From assembly GCF_963921235.1 (NCBI RefSeq), contig NC_086097.1:10230001-10294000 (forward strand): a DNA stretch of 64,000 bases, read 5' to 3'. Below the pieces are notes generated by a model, which was given only the letters and a program-made list of their open reading frames with translations, was not told the origin of the DNA and did no database searches. The position numbers and the translations under genes are program-made. Positions 25,020 through 37,212 of this stretch are shown here, one piece after another; position 1 is the first letter of the stretch; the number at the start of each line of letters is the position of its first letter. The DNA comes from Mobula hypostoma. Lineage: Eukaryota.

Positions 25020-28000
25020 TTTAGACCATAGGACATAGGAGAAGAATTAGGCCATTCGGCCCATCGAGTCTGCTCCACCATTCCATCATGGTTGATCCTG
25101 GTTCCCAGTTGACCCCATACACCTGCTTCCTTGCCATATCGTTTAATGACCTGACCTATCACGAAATGATCAACTTCTGCCTTAAACATACTCCTTAAAT
25201 ATACACACAGACTTGGCCTCTATCACAGTCTGTGGCAGAGCCTTCTACAGATTCACTACTCTGGCTAAAAAATTCTTCCTTACCTCTGTTCTGAAAGGTC
25301 GCCCCTCAGTTTTGAGGCTGTGCCCTCTAGTTCTGGATAAGCCACTGCAGGAAACACCCTCTCCACATCCACCCTATATAGTCTTTTCAACGTTTGGTAG
25401 GTTTTTATGAGAACCCCTGCATTCTTCTAAATTCCAGTGAGTACAGGTCCAAAGTTGCCAAACACTCCTGATATGTTAACTCCTTTATTCTTGGAATCAT
25501 CCCCGTGAACCTCCTCTGTACTCTCTCCAATGACAACACATCCTTTCTGAGATATGGGGACGAAAACCGTTGACTATACTCCAAGTGCAGCCTGACTAGT
25601 GTTGTATAAAGCCACAGCATTACCTCCTTGCTTTTATATTCTATTACCCTTGAAATTAATGCCAATATTGCATTTTTCTTCTTTACCACAGACTCAAGCT
25701 GTAAATTAGCTTTCTGGGAGTCTTGCGTGAGGACTCCTCAGTCACTCTGCACTTCTAATGTTTGAACCTTCCCATTTAGATAACAGTCCGCACTATTACT
25801 CATGAACAATGCATTTGTTATCTCTTCAGCAACTTCTCTCAGGACTCTGGGATGTAGGCCATCTGGTCCAGGTGACTTATCCACCTTAAGACCTTTGAGT
25901 TCGCCTAGCACTTTTTCCTTTGTAATAGCAATGGCAATCACTCCTGCTCCCTGACACTCATGGACCTCTAACACACTGCTAGTGTCTTCCACAGTGAAGA
26001 CAGATGCAAAGTACCCATTAAGTTCATCTGCCATTTCCTTGTTCCCCCTTACTACCTCACCAGCGTCATTTTCCAGTGGTCCAATGTCAACTCACTTTTA
26101 CTCATTATATAATTGAAAAACCTTTGGTATCCTGCTTTGTATTATTGGCTAGTTTGCACTCATATTGCAAATCTTATTGAATTTTTTGAAGAGGTTACTA
26201 GGAATGTTGACAAGGGTAAAGCGGTGGATGTTGTCTACATGGACTTCAGTAAGGCCTTTGACAAGGTCTCACACAGAAGGTTGGTTAGGAAGGTTCAATC
26301 GTTAGGTATTAATATTGAAGTAGTAAAATGGATTCAGCAGTGGTTGGATGGGAGACGCCAGAGAGTGGTGGTGAAAAACTGTTTGTCAGATTGGAGGCCG
26401 GTGACTAGTGGTGTACCTCAGGGATCTGTACTGGGTCCAGTGTTATTTGTCATATACATTAATGATCTGGATGATGGGGTGGTAAATTGGATGAGTAAGT
26501 ATGCAGATGATACTAAGATAGCTGGAGTTGTGGATAATGAAGTAGGTTTTCAAAGCTTGCAGAGAGATTTAGGCCAGTTAGAAGAGTGGGCTGAAGGATG
26601 GCAGATGGAGTTTAATGTTGATAAATGTGAGGTGCTACACTTTGGTAGAACTAATCAAAATAGGACATACATGATAAATGGTAGGACATTGAAGAATGCA
26701 GTAGAGCAGAGGGATCTAGGAATAATGGTGCATAGTTCCCTGAAGGTGGAATCTCATGTGGATAGGGTGGTGAAGAAAGCTTTTGCTATGCTGGCCTTTA
26801 TATATCAGAGCATTGAGTATAGGAGTTGGGATGTAACGTTGAAATTGTACAAGGCATTGGTGAGGCCAAATTTGGAGTATTGTGAACAGTTTTGGTCACC
26901 AAATTATAGGAAGGATGTCAACAAAACAGAGAGAGTACAGAGAAGGTTTACTAGAATGTTACCTGGGTTTCATCACCTAAGTTACAGAGAAAGGTTGTAC
27001 AAGTTGGGTCTTTATTCTTTGGAACGTAGAAGGTTGAGGGGGGACTTGATAGAGGTATTTAAAATTATGAGAGGGATAGATAGAGTTGACATGGATAGAC
27101 TTTTTCCATTGAGAGTGGGGGAGATTCAAACAAGAGGACATGAGTTGAGAGTTAATGGGCTGAAGTTTGGGGATAACATGAGGGGGAACTTCTTTATTCA
27201 GAGAGTAGTAGCTGTGTGGAACGAGCTTCCAGCAGAAGTGGTTGAAGCAGGTTCGATGTTGTCGTTTAAAGTTAAATTGGACAGCTATATGGACAGGAAA
27301 GGAATGGAGGGTTATGGGCTGAGTGCAGGTCGGTGGGACTAGGTGAGAGTAAGAGTTCGGCACGGACTAGAAGGGTCGAGATGGCCTGTTTCCGTGCTGT
27401 AATTGTTATATGATTATGTGGTTATATATTGCATCTTTTCCTTTCTTATAGATTTTTAAATTGTGTTTTGTTGGATTTTAATAGGTTCCCAATCATCCAA
27501 CTTCCTACTCACTTTTGCTACCTTATATGTCCTTTCCTTGGCTTTTATGCAGTCCTTAATTTCCTTTGTCAGTTATGATTGCCTACCCCTGCCATTTGTG
27601 AACTTCTTCCACTGTGGGACATATCTATCCTGCACCTTGTGAACTATTCCCAGAAACTTCAGCCACGTCTGTTCTGCCACCATCTCCCCTAGTATCCTCC
27701 TATCTACCTGGGCAAGCTCCTCTCTCATGTCTCTGTATTTCCCTTTATTCCACAGTGATACTGATACATGCGACTTATGCTTCTCCATCTCAAATTGCAG
27801 TAGGAATTCAATCATATTATGATCACTGCCTCCTTAGGGTTCCTTTACATTAAGCTCCTTAATAAGATCTGGCCTATTACACAACACCCTATCTAAGATA
27901 GCATTTTCCTGAGTTGGCTCACGCACAAGCTGCTCTGTAAAGCCATCTTGTAGGAATTCAACAAATTCCCTCTCTTGCGATCGGACACCAACCTGATTTT

Positions 28001-28460
28001 CCCAATCCACTGGCATGTTGAAATCCCCCATTACAATTGTGTCATTACCCTTATTACATGCCTTTACCAGCTCCCTTTGCAATTTCAACCCCACATCTTG
28101 GCTACTATTTGAAAGCCTATATATGATTCCCATCCTAGTTCTTTTTTACCCTTGCAGTCTTTTAACTCCACCCACAAAGATTCAACATTCTGTGACCCTA
28201 TGTTACTTCTTTCTAAAAATGTAATTCCACCTCTTATCAATAGAGCCACACCACTGCCTGTGTCTTCCTGCCTGTCCTTTCAATACAAAGTATGTCCTTT
28301 GATATTAAACTCACAACTATGATCTTCTTTCAGCCACGACTCAGTGATGCCCACAACGTCATACCGACCAATCCCTTATTGCACCATGAGTTCGTCCACG
28401 TTATTCCAAAGGCTATGCATGTTTAAATACAGCACCTTCAGTCCTACATTCATCGCCCTT
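25020..28460 (-). mobile_element. Long degenerate CR1 LINE (endonuclease to 3' UTR, with deletions)
   Basis: Endonuclease GIIYR...IVMGDFN...EPTQENAILD (27834-28133), DKSPGPDGLHPRVL (25738-26034), C-terminus (25405-25689) and tail at 25020. Confidence 0.9.
26170..27425 (+). mobile_element. Younger 5'-truncated CR1 LINE with open RT frame, inserted in the older CR1
   Basis: 409-aa ORF with YMDFSKAFD, GVPQGSVLGP and KYADD; TSD atattgca at 26162-26169 and 27426-27433. Confidence 0.95.
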
Positions 28461-28461
28461 T

Positions 28462-29125
28462 TTGATGCAATGCTGAGTCTTTATAAGGCATTGGTTAGAC
28501 CATATTTTGAATACTGTGACTAGTTTGGGCCTCATATTTAAGGAAGGATGTACTTGCATCAGTGAGGATCCAGAGGATCCTGGGAATAAAAGGGTCAATA
28601 TTGTGGAACTTTTGATGGTTCTGGAGCTTAGAAGATTGAGGAGGGATTTCATTGAGGCATACTGTATACTGATAAGCATGGACAAAGAGCAAATGATTTT
28701 AATAGTAGGGGAGTCCAGGACTAGAGATCACAGCCTCAGAATGCAAGGACATTCCTTTAGAACAGAGATTTCTTTAGGCAGAGGGTGGTGAATCTCTGGA
28801 ATTTATTGCCACAGTCAGCAGTGAAGGCCAAGACTTTGTGAATATTTAAAGCAGAGGTTGACGGGCCTTTGTGTTTTTTTCTCTCTCTCTTGCTATTGTG
28901 AATGTATGTTATGCACCTGGGACCTAGACATGCAGTCTTGTTCAACTGCATCCATGTATGGTCTGAATGATCATTAAATTTGATTTTTATTATTCAGGGC
29001 ATCAAAGGTTACAGAGAAAAGGCAGGGGAATGGTGTTGAGAGGAAAAACAAATTGGTTATGATCAAATAGCAGAGCAAACTTGATGGGCCAAATAGCCTA
29101 ATTCTGCTGCTATGCCCTATGTCTT
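28462..29125 (+). mobile_element. Degenerate CR1 3' end
   Basis: LYKALVRPYFEY...RRLRRDFIE...SRTRDHSL remnants and 3' UTR. Confidence 0.75.
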
Positions 29126-29870
29126 AGAATTAGAATCAGGTTTACTCTGTTTGACACAGGTAATGAATTTTTTTGCTTTGTAACAGCAATACAATTCCAT
29201 CATAGATGGTCCCAAGCCCTGTTGTGAAAGGAGGGTTGGATATCGGCTAGCAACCCCATCCTGTAATAGCCTAGAGCTACGGAAACACCAACAGAAGCTC
29301 CAAAGAGGACAGATACACCAAGAAGATGTGCTACACCTCAAGACAACAAGAAAGACTGGCCCAGAGGACTCTGGTGAGTTTCTGTCAGCAGCCTATATTC
29401 CAGTAAGGATGATGGGCTTAATTAAGTAAGTAAGCTGCAGTACAGTGCAATACATTCAAATACTATCTGTTACAATAAGAAATATATAAAAAAATAAATG
29501 AATAGTACCAAAAGGGAGCAAAATAGTGCAGTAGTGTTCATGGATCCGTGGACTGTTCAGAAATCTGATGCCAGAGGAGAAAAAGCTGATTCTAAACTGT
29601 TGAGTGTACATCTTCAGGTTCCTGGAACTCCTGCCTGATGGTAGCAATGAGAAGAGATCATGTCCTAGATGGTGAAGGTCCTTAATATGGGATATCATCT
29701 TTTTGAGGCATTGATTTTTGAGATGTCTTGCATGCTGGAGAGGCTAGTGCCCATGATGGACCTAATTGAGTCCACCACCCTCTTCAGCTTCTTTCAATCC
29801 TGTTTATTGGTGTCTCCATACCAGACGGTGTTAGAACCAATCAGAATGCTCTCCATCGTGCACTTGCTTG
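29126..29870 (-). mobile_element. Rex1/Babar 3' end with an internal insertion at about 29200-29430
   Basis: ORF 29456-29698 IKDLHHLGHDLFSLLPSGRSSR...SFFSSGIRFLN; (TCAGAA) tail. Confidence 0.8.
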
Positions 29871-30281
29871 AGTCACTCGTCCACTTGCCCTGCTTATATC
29901 TTCCATGACCTCTCTCCATCCACTTTATAGTCGATATTGTCACCCAGCTTTGTATCATCAGGAAACATGGTTACTTTACATTTGATGCTCTTATTCAATC
30001 ACTGACATTGATTCTGAAAAGTTGGGACCCATGCCATATCCTGCAGCATTTCCAGTCGTCACAGCCTCCCAATTCCTAATATCTTTATTCTGTCTATTAA
30101 CTAATGCCCTATTCATGACAGTACATGACACTCACAATGTCATGCTCTGTTTGGTTGGTTGTCCATTGTATCCAACAATGACAGTTAGATTTCTACAGTT
30201 CAGTTCTGTGTCCAAGCTGGGTCCAAGCTGTGAGTGACATAGACGTCCACAATAAGGACATGAAAACTGTGCTGGATCTGG

Positions 30282-30550
30282 AAGTGAAAAGTTTAAAGGG
30301 AACATGAGGGGGAATCTGTTCACTCAGAGAGTTTTGAGAGTGTGGAACAAGCTGCCAGCACAAGTGGTGCATGTGAGCTTGCTTTCAACCTTTAACAGAA
30401 GTTGGGATAGCTATGTAGATGGTTGTCGATATGGAGGGCTATGTCCCAATGCAGGTCGATGAGAGTAGGCTGTTTAAATGGTTCAGCATAGACTAGATGG
30501 GCCAAAGGACCTGTTTCTGTGCTATGTTCTTCTATGACTCTATGACTATA
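30282..30550 (+). mobile_element. CR1 3' end
   Basis: EKFKGNMRGNLFTQRVLRVWNKLP, then a (tctatgac) tail. Confidence 0.85.
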
Positions 30551-31139
30551 AGTCATAGTGCTGCTATTGCTCTCCTTTTTTGGACCGCGATTAGTACTGC
30601 CAGCCACTCCAGTCTTGAGTCCAATTGTCATGCTCTAACTTCATTTAACAATCTCTTGTGTTCTGATCTCCCAATGGGAGAAGAGGTTGTCCAATTCAAT
30701 TTCTGTTAAGGTGTTTTCCATGGTTTGTCTCTACAGTCCTGACAAATAGTGTATCCTCTTCTAATTCCTTTTCCAAGCTAAAGACAAAAAGAATCTGGTA
30801 AGCGCAGATTATCAGAGTGAGCTCTTCCAAAATTTGTATTCTCAATACACTTAGCAAGATAACTATGTAACTTGCTTAATACAATTCTTTTTGGGAAGAT
30901 ATATTGATCCGTCAACTCAATGTCGCCTCACTTCTTTTTCTGGACACTTGTCTGTTTGTATCACTCCTTTCAAATCTTTTCTCAAAGACTTATCTTCAAA
31001 TTATTCCTTTTTGTCTTGTTAGTTATCTCCACTGTTGTAAACTGAGAATCCTCCTTCTTAACTTTCAAAATAAAGGCTATATTTTCACACACAGTTTCTC
31101 GATTTTATAAGGTAATCTTTATAATGTATTTACATTTGC

Positions 31140-31995
31140 AACAAAAGCCTTACATTCAATGTCAGTAAGACCAAGGAATTGATTGTGGGCTTCAGGAAGG
31201 GGAAATAGAGGGAACACACACTAGTCCTCATCAAAGGACCAGAAGTGGAAAATGTGAGCAGTTTCAAGTTCCTGGGTTTCAACATCTGGATGATCTATCC
31301 TGAGCCCAACATATTGATGCAATTGCAAGGAAGACATAACAGTGGCTAAATTTCATTCGGAGTTTGAGGAGACTGGGTATGTCATCAAGGACTTCTGTAA
31401 ACTTCGACAGAATTATCATGGAGAGCATTCTAACTGGATTGCATCACTGTCCAGTATGGAGGGGCCACTACACAGGATTGGAAAAAGCTGCAGAAAGTTG
31501 TAAATTCAGCCAGCTCCATCACGGATACTACTCTCCCCAGCATTGAGGACATTTTCAAAAGGTGATGCCTCAAAAAGATAGCATCCATCATTGAGAACTC
31601 CCATCGCCCAGGGCATGCCCCTTCTCATTGTGTGTTCCCGTCAAGGATATGGTACAGGAGCCCGAAGACAGACACTCACTGTTTCAGAAACAGCTTCTTC
31701 CCCTCTGCCACCAGATTTCTGATGGACAATGAACTCTTGAACACTCTCACTATTTTTGTCTTCTGTTTTTGCATTATTAAAATAATTTATTTACAGGTTT
31801 TAGAAAAATTTGCCATCAGCAATCATGGTCAAGACCATAATCAGCCAAGTCATATGACACGGCACATGAAGATGATGATGATGATAAAGTATATATTAAT
31901 TTTATATTTAATTTATAGTTTTTTTATTATTATGTATTGCATTGTGCTGCTGCTGCAAAACACCAGATTTCTTGGCATTAAACCTGATTCTGATT
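31140..31995 (+). mobile_element. Rex1/Babar 3' half (degenerate)
   Basis: LNVSKTKELIVGFRK, FKFLG, CFRNSFFPSATRFL; tail aaacctgattctgatt. Confidence 0.85.
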
Positions 31996-33642
31996 TTGTT
32001 TCAAGTTTCTGTGTTCAGTTAGAACAATGGCTTTCCTGTGTTCCCATTTCCTCAATTTTGTCTCTGCATTTTCAACGTATCTATCAACTGCTGATATATT
32101 TATTGCCTCTGAAGAACATTTCCACATGTTCTATGAATGTACCATAAGTTATATGGACTCATTCGCCACACTGTTTCCAATATAACCTGACTGGTTCTGA
32201 AATGACATTTTGTACCACCCCCTTCTTCCTTGGTTACTGCCTAATCAATGATGTCCTACTAGAGCATGCAAAAACTTCCTGCCATTAAAAATGTGTGTTC
32301 AAGCTAATGGCTACACCCTATGATTCATTAAATTACCACAGTAAATTTTATGGTGCGTTATCTGCTTTATTAAAACCTTCGGGGCCTTTTCAAGCTAGAT
32401 GAACGATAGCACCCAAAGTCATTACAGCATAAAATTACAGATGCAGGAAATCTGAAAGAAAAAGAGAAAGTTGTTTAAATAAGGGGTTCCCAACCTTTTT
32501 TATGCCATGGACCTATTAAGCAAGGTGTCCGTGGACCCCAGTTTGGAAACTCCTGCATTACAGCATAAAATTACAGATACAGGAAATCTGAAGGAAGAAA
32601 TAGAAAATGGTTTAAACACTCACCAGGTCCGATCAGCAGAGTTTTCATCGGAGCTAGAAGAATGAGGAGACAGACATGTTCTGGGTTGCCGCAAGATGGT
32701 TTGTGGACACAACAGAAGGAATGTTTGTCTTTGGGGACAAGGAAACACTATCAATAATAGTGTTACTTTAAAAAAACAGTGCGGATAAAGATTTAAAAAA
32801 AGAAAATAAATAGAAATACAGCAACATCAGTGGAGTGGGTTTACAAAAAAGGTGTCCTCTATAAAGTTTTACATTAAATTATGATTCATAGGGGCTATCA
32901 TCATCATCATCATCATCATCAGTTGCCGTGCCCAGTTTGAGCTTTGACTGCCATGGCCCACACACTCCTGTTTCGGGTCAAGTGAATCAATTCATTGGTA
33001 TTCATTTCCAGTTCTCTGGCTGCTGTCTCCATCATCATTTGTCTTTTTGTCTTCCTCTTGCTTTCTTCCCTTCAATCTTTCTCATAATTACCGTGCATTC
33101 TAACTCCTCTTTCCTAATCACATGTCCAATGAAGTCATGTTGCCTTTTCATGATCTCATACATGATTTCTCTTTTTGTGTTTGCTCTGTTCATGACATCC
33201 TCATTAGATATTCGTTTCATCCATGATATTCTTTTCATCCTCTTCAAAAAACACATCTCTGCTGCTCCAGTTCATTTCCTCACGTTACTAGATATTGTCC
33301 AACATTCTGAGCCATATAATATAACTGGATAAACGTAAAATTTCAGTACTCTGAGGTGGGTTGTCATGCCTAGTTTAGTATTGGTCAATATGCTCTCCAT
33401 TCTCATAAAGGTGTCTTTTGCCATCCTTCTTCTTCTTTTGATGTCCATGTCGCACCTGCCATCTGATGTCACCCAGCTTCCTAAGCAGCAAAAGTTCTGT
33501 ACTTGTTTTATGTCTTCCCCGTTTATTCTCAGCCTGCAGATAGGATTCTCCTTCTTTTTGGATATCACCATACATTCTGCCTTTTTGCAATTGATAGATA
33601 GACACACTTTTGCACTTTCATCAATAATTATATCAATTAAGT

Positions 33643-33845
33643 GAGCGGCGGCCTGTGGCCCTGGGGCGGTGGCGGTGGTGGCCGGAGGGGGCAGCGGCGG
33701 GGCCGGCGGCACGGAGGGAGTGGCCATCAGCCGCCCCGGCGGGGCCGGGCCCGAGCCCGAAGAGCAAGAAGCTGGCTACAACAGCGAGGACGAGTACGAG
33801 GCGGCGGGTCGGGAGCAGCTGCAGGACCCGGCCAAGGTGGAGCAG
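33643..33845 (+). pseudogene. OTUD5: Retroposed 5'-truncated fragment of OTUD5 (DUBA deubiquitinase) N-terminal coding region
   Basis: Frame from 33645 reads AAACGPGAVAVVAGGGSGGAGG...EEQEAGYNSEDEYEAAGREQLQDPAKVEQ, matching the vertebrate OTUD5 motif GYNSEDEYEAA...DPATVEQ (S177 phosphosite region) as I recall it; very GC- and CpG-rich; lies inside a TSD-flanked insertion. Confidence 0.88.
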
Positions 33846-34688
33846 CTAGCGGGCGAAAACAAGTGAGGGGGTGGTGTCATTACTACACTACTAGGTGATC
33901 ATCCCAACGGCAGAGCAGGCGGAAGAGGAGACATCTCCCAACGGCTGCAAAGGCGGATGAGGATGTCCAACATTGGGTAGGGAGGCTTGCGAGCACGCCG
34001 CAAGAACTGCCGTAGACCCACAACACTCAGGGCTTGGCTACCTAGCGTGTGAAGCCTGGATTCAGCGGACTGCACGGAAGAAACCATCACTGGTTCAATG
34101 GGCAGAAAGGCGATTCTCAGCAATGCGTCGTGGAGCGCTAAGAGGGCACAGTGAGACACACAGAACACTGCTGGCCATCCACTGCATCCTGACCTATCTC
34201 CAGCCGTCTCGACTATGTCTTGCCACTGGGTCCAGATAGGCCGGGACGAGAGAGTGAGGCTGACAACCTGTGCAACTCTCCCTCACTTTAATCCAAGTCA
34301 AGCGCAAGTCATGACTTCAAACCCAACGCGCAACCTAAAGTCCTGTGGCGATGGGGGAGTGGCGAAGCAGCAGGTACGGATACACTGGAAGCTGTAGTCA
34401 CAAACCTGCACACAGGCGGCCCAGGGCATAGGGTCGCTCTCTACTGGACCGAAGCAGCAGTTGAGTTCGGCAGCCCCCTGGGTGTCTGAGCAGCCCTCTT
34501 TAGGATCGCTCTGTTCACCTCCATGGAGGAAGGGGCTGGAAAAGGTGCCTCAAACATGGTCTGCTTCACTTCACCCTGGCCAGCTTACCGCGGCTGGTGG
34601 GGATCCCTCATAGCGGTCGACCTACAACTTTTTTATTTGACTTTGAAGCCATGGTCGTCTTCGACTACGAAGGACGAACAACAACAAC
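33846..34688 (+). mobile_element. Non-autonomous RTE-type retroposon (5' UTR-like body, short 3' end, (AAC)n tail)
   Basis: ggggctggaaaaggtgcc motif of the type found in RTE 5' UTRs; 3' end gccatggtcgtcttcgactacgaaggacg followed by (aac)n; TSD atatcaattaagt at 33630-33642 and 34689-34701. Confidence 0.72.
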
Positions 34689-36051
34689 ATATCAATTAAG
34701 TTTTGCAGTTCTTCCTCCATACTTGCAATTAACGCAGTGTCATCTGCATATCTGAAATTATGGACTATAATGGACTCAAAAGGAAGATGGGGTGCTGCTC
34801 CTTGAGTTTAACATCAGGCAGTTATGGAATAACATAACAGGTTGAAAGCAAATGTCAGAATGCAAAAGGGGCTGAGGATTAAAGTGACAGCTGACTGGAA
34901 ACTCAGGACGACCCACCACACTACCTAAGGAACTCCAGAAGAGCAGCCGATTCTAATGCCTCCTGCTTGTCGGCTGCAAACAGGTGATACCACGACTCGA
35001 GGCCTAGTCCTCATTACGACTGAGGCAGCACAGGTCCCATGCCATTCACCAATAAATCATGAATTGGAATTGCAGCATTTCACACCACCAATGTCCAACA
35101 GGGTCTTGTGATCACAAGAAAGGCGACAAAGGTGATCACTCACTGTTAGAATGCACACTGCCGTCGTGTACTGATGCCTCTCTGATGCTGGCAGCATCAT
35201 GGTTCACACCAAGTACAGCTCCTTCGTTTCTCTGCCAACGAACAACTCACTGATGGGTAGATCTTCAGTTCCATAAGTTCTTAATGTCCAGCCGGGTCTT
35301 GCGATTTTAAAAAGTACATTTAAAAAAACTCAATAACACCTCTAGTTGAGTCTGCAGAGCTGCTATATCTGAGCACATAGCCATCTTACCATCTTACCGT
35401 TAATGTGACAGAAAGTACAAAGGATCATCTGGTGTGATGGAGGAGAGGACAAGCGAACCGTTCCCGGGTTCAATGTACACAAAATGCTGGAGGAACTCAG
35501 CAGGCCAGGCAACACCTGTCAAAATAAGTACCCTTCCCTCATTCACCATATTCAATGCATCTGTAGGGCATGTAGGTGTTTAAGAATTATTTTCTTACTT
35601 GCAATGAATTCCACTCGCTCAAATATTCATCACATTCACTGTCAGTTTCTGAGGTGTGTGTACCTTGCAGCACTGACCCAGAGAAGCACAGTGGTGGAAC
35701 TTGTATTGGTCCTACTCTGAGCTACTAACTTCTGATTTAAGATTCAAGATTGTTTAATGTAATTTCCAGTACACAAACATAAGGGAGAATGAATTCATTG
35801 TTACTCTGCTCTGACACAGTACAAAAAAACACAGTAAATATACATAAGATAGCTTATAAACAGTTGAATTCAGGAGTTTACATACACCTTAACCAAATAC
35901 ATTCGAACTCAGTTTTTCACAATTCCTGACATTTAATCCTAGAAAACATTCCCTGTCTTAGGTCAGTTAGGATCACTACTTTATTTTAAGAATGTGAAAT
36001 GTCAGAATAATAGTAGAGAGAATGATTTATTTCAGCTTTTATTTCTTTCAT

Positions 36052-36362
36052 GGGAGGGCATGTGGCCAAGTGTTTAAAGCATTCGACTAGCGACCTGAAG
36101 GTCGTGAGTTCGAGCCCCAGCTGAGGCAGCGTGTTGTGTCCTTGAGCAAGGCACTTAAGCACACATTGCTCTGCGATGACACTGGTGCCAAGGTGTATCG
36201 GCCCTTGCCCTTCCCTTACACAACATCGGTGTCGTGGAGAAGGGAGACTTGCAGCATGGGCAGCTGCCTGTCTTCCATACAACCTTGCCCAGACCTGCAC
36301 TCTGGAGAGTGACGACTTTCCAGGTGCAGATCAATGGTCTCGCAAGACTAACGGATGCCTTA
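36052..36362 (+). mobile_element. tRNA-headed SINE with RTE-like 3' end, inserted in the Tc1 inverted repeat
   Basis: A-box gtggccaagtg, B-box gagttcgagcc, 3' end atggtctcgcaagactaacggatgcc; TSD atttctttcat at 36041-36051 and 36363-36373. Confidence 0.9.
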
Positions 36363-36578
36363 ATTTCTTTCATCACTTTCCCAGTGGGTCAGAAGTTTAC
36401 ATACACTTTGTTAGTATTTGGTAGCATTACCTTTAAATTGTTTAACTTGGGTCAAACGTTTTGGGTAGCCTTCCACAAGCTTCTCACAGTAAGTTGCTGG
36501 AATTTTGTTCCATCCTCCAGACAGAACTGGTGTAACTGAGTCAGGTTTGTAGGCCTCCTTGCACACACATGCTTTTTT

Positions 36579-37212
36579 TAGATTAGATTATGAGGACACG
36601 TAGCCCTCTTTTATTGTATTTAGTAATGCATGCATGAGGAAATGATACAATATTCCTCCGGTGTGATATCACAGAAACACAGGACAGACAAAGACTGAAA
36701 AACTAACAAAAACCACATAATTATAACATATAGTTACAACAGTGCAACAATACCATAACTTGATGAAGAACAGGCCATGGCACAGTAAAAAAGTTCAAAG
36801 TCTCTCGAAAGTCCCACACCTCACGCAGACAGGAGAAGGAAGAAAACTCTCCCTGCCATGCCTGACCACAGTCCGACTCTGAGTCGTCCGAAAACTTCAA
36901 GCTCCGACCAGCACTCCGACACCGAGCACCAAGCACCATCTCTATCTGAACGCTTCGGCCCCAGCCTCGGTGGCCAGCAGCAGGCAAAGCCGAGGATTTT
37001 GGGGCCTTTCCTCCGGAGATTCTCGATTGCACAGTAGCAGCGGCAGCGAACTGGGCATTTCAGAAATTTCTCCAGATGTTCCTCTGTGCCTTCTCATGTC
37101 CGTCTCCATCAAATCAGAATTGTTCATGGCATCCTACTTACAAATACGATATCATTTCACCAGAGAGCTGCGCGCGCTGCGTCGCGCCGCCATCTTCTCC
37201 TCCCGCCTACCA
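36579..37212 (-). mobile_element. Non-autonomous Rex1/Babar-type element (5' UTR + 3' UTR) inserted in the transposase
   Basis: 5' end gaagatggcggcg (rc) and (ATCTA)n tail as in the Rex1 at 10630; splits the transposase at AELKK. Confidence 0.7.

Larger units (their letters stand above)
32898..34762 (-). mobile_element. RTE LINE (RT YADD to 3' (GAT)n tail), host of the OTUD5 chimera
   Basis: With 33643-34701 removed, the minus strand reads NFRYADDTALIASMEEELQNLIDIIIDESAKVCLSINCKKAECM...YGSECWT...RISNEDVM...GKKARGRQ. Confidence 0.92.

Noticed and set aside
33272..33727. ORF with a Pro/Ala-rich N-terminus fused to RT sequence
   Set aside because: Antisense of the OTUD5 fragment reading by chance through the TSD into the host RTE.
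33643..33866. The GC-rich segment as the real OTUD5 gene or its CpG-island promoter
   Set aside because: No ATG or N-terminus, no GT donor after VEQ, a stop 6 codons later, no OTU-domain exons in the window, and it lies within a TSD-flanked insertion.
33846..34100. HDV-like ribozyme at the 5' end of the RTE-type element
   Set aside because: Known for some RTE 5' UTRs, but I could not fold a convincing nested double pseudoknot by eye; needs a descriptor search.
36052..36125. tRNA gene (also 3404-3475)
   Set aside because: A and B boxes are SINE heads followed by a SINE body and tail within a TSD; no clean cloverleaf.
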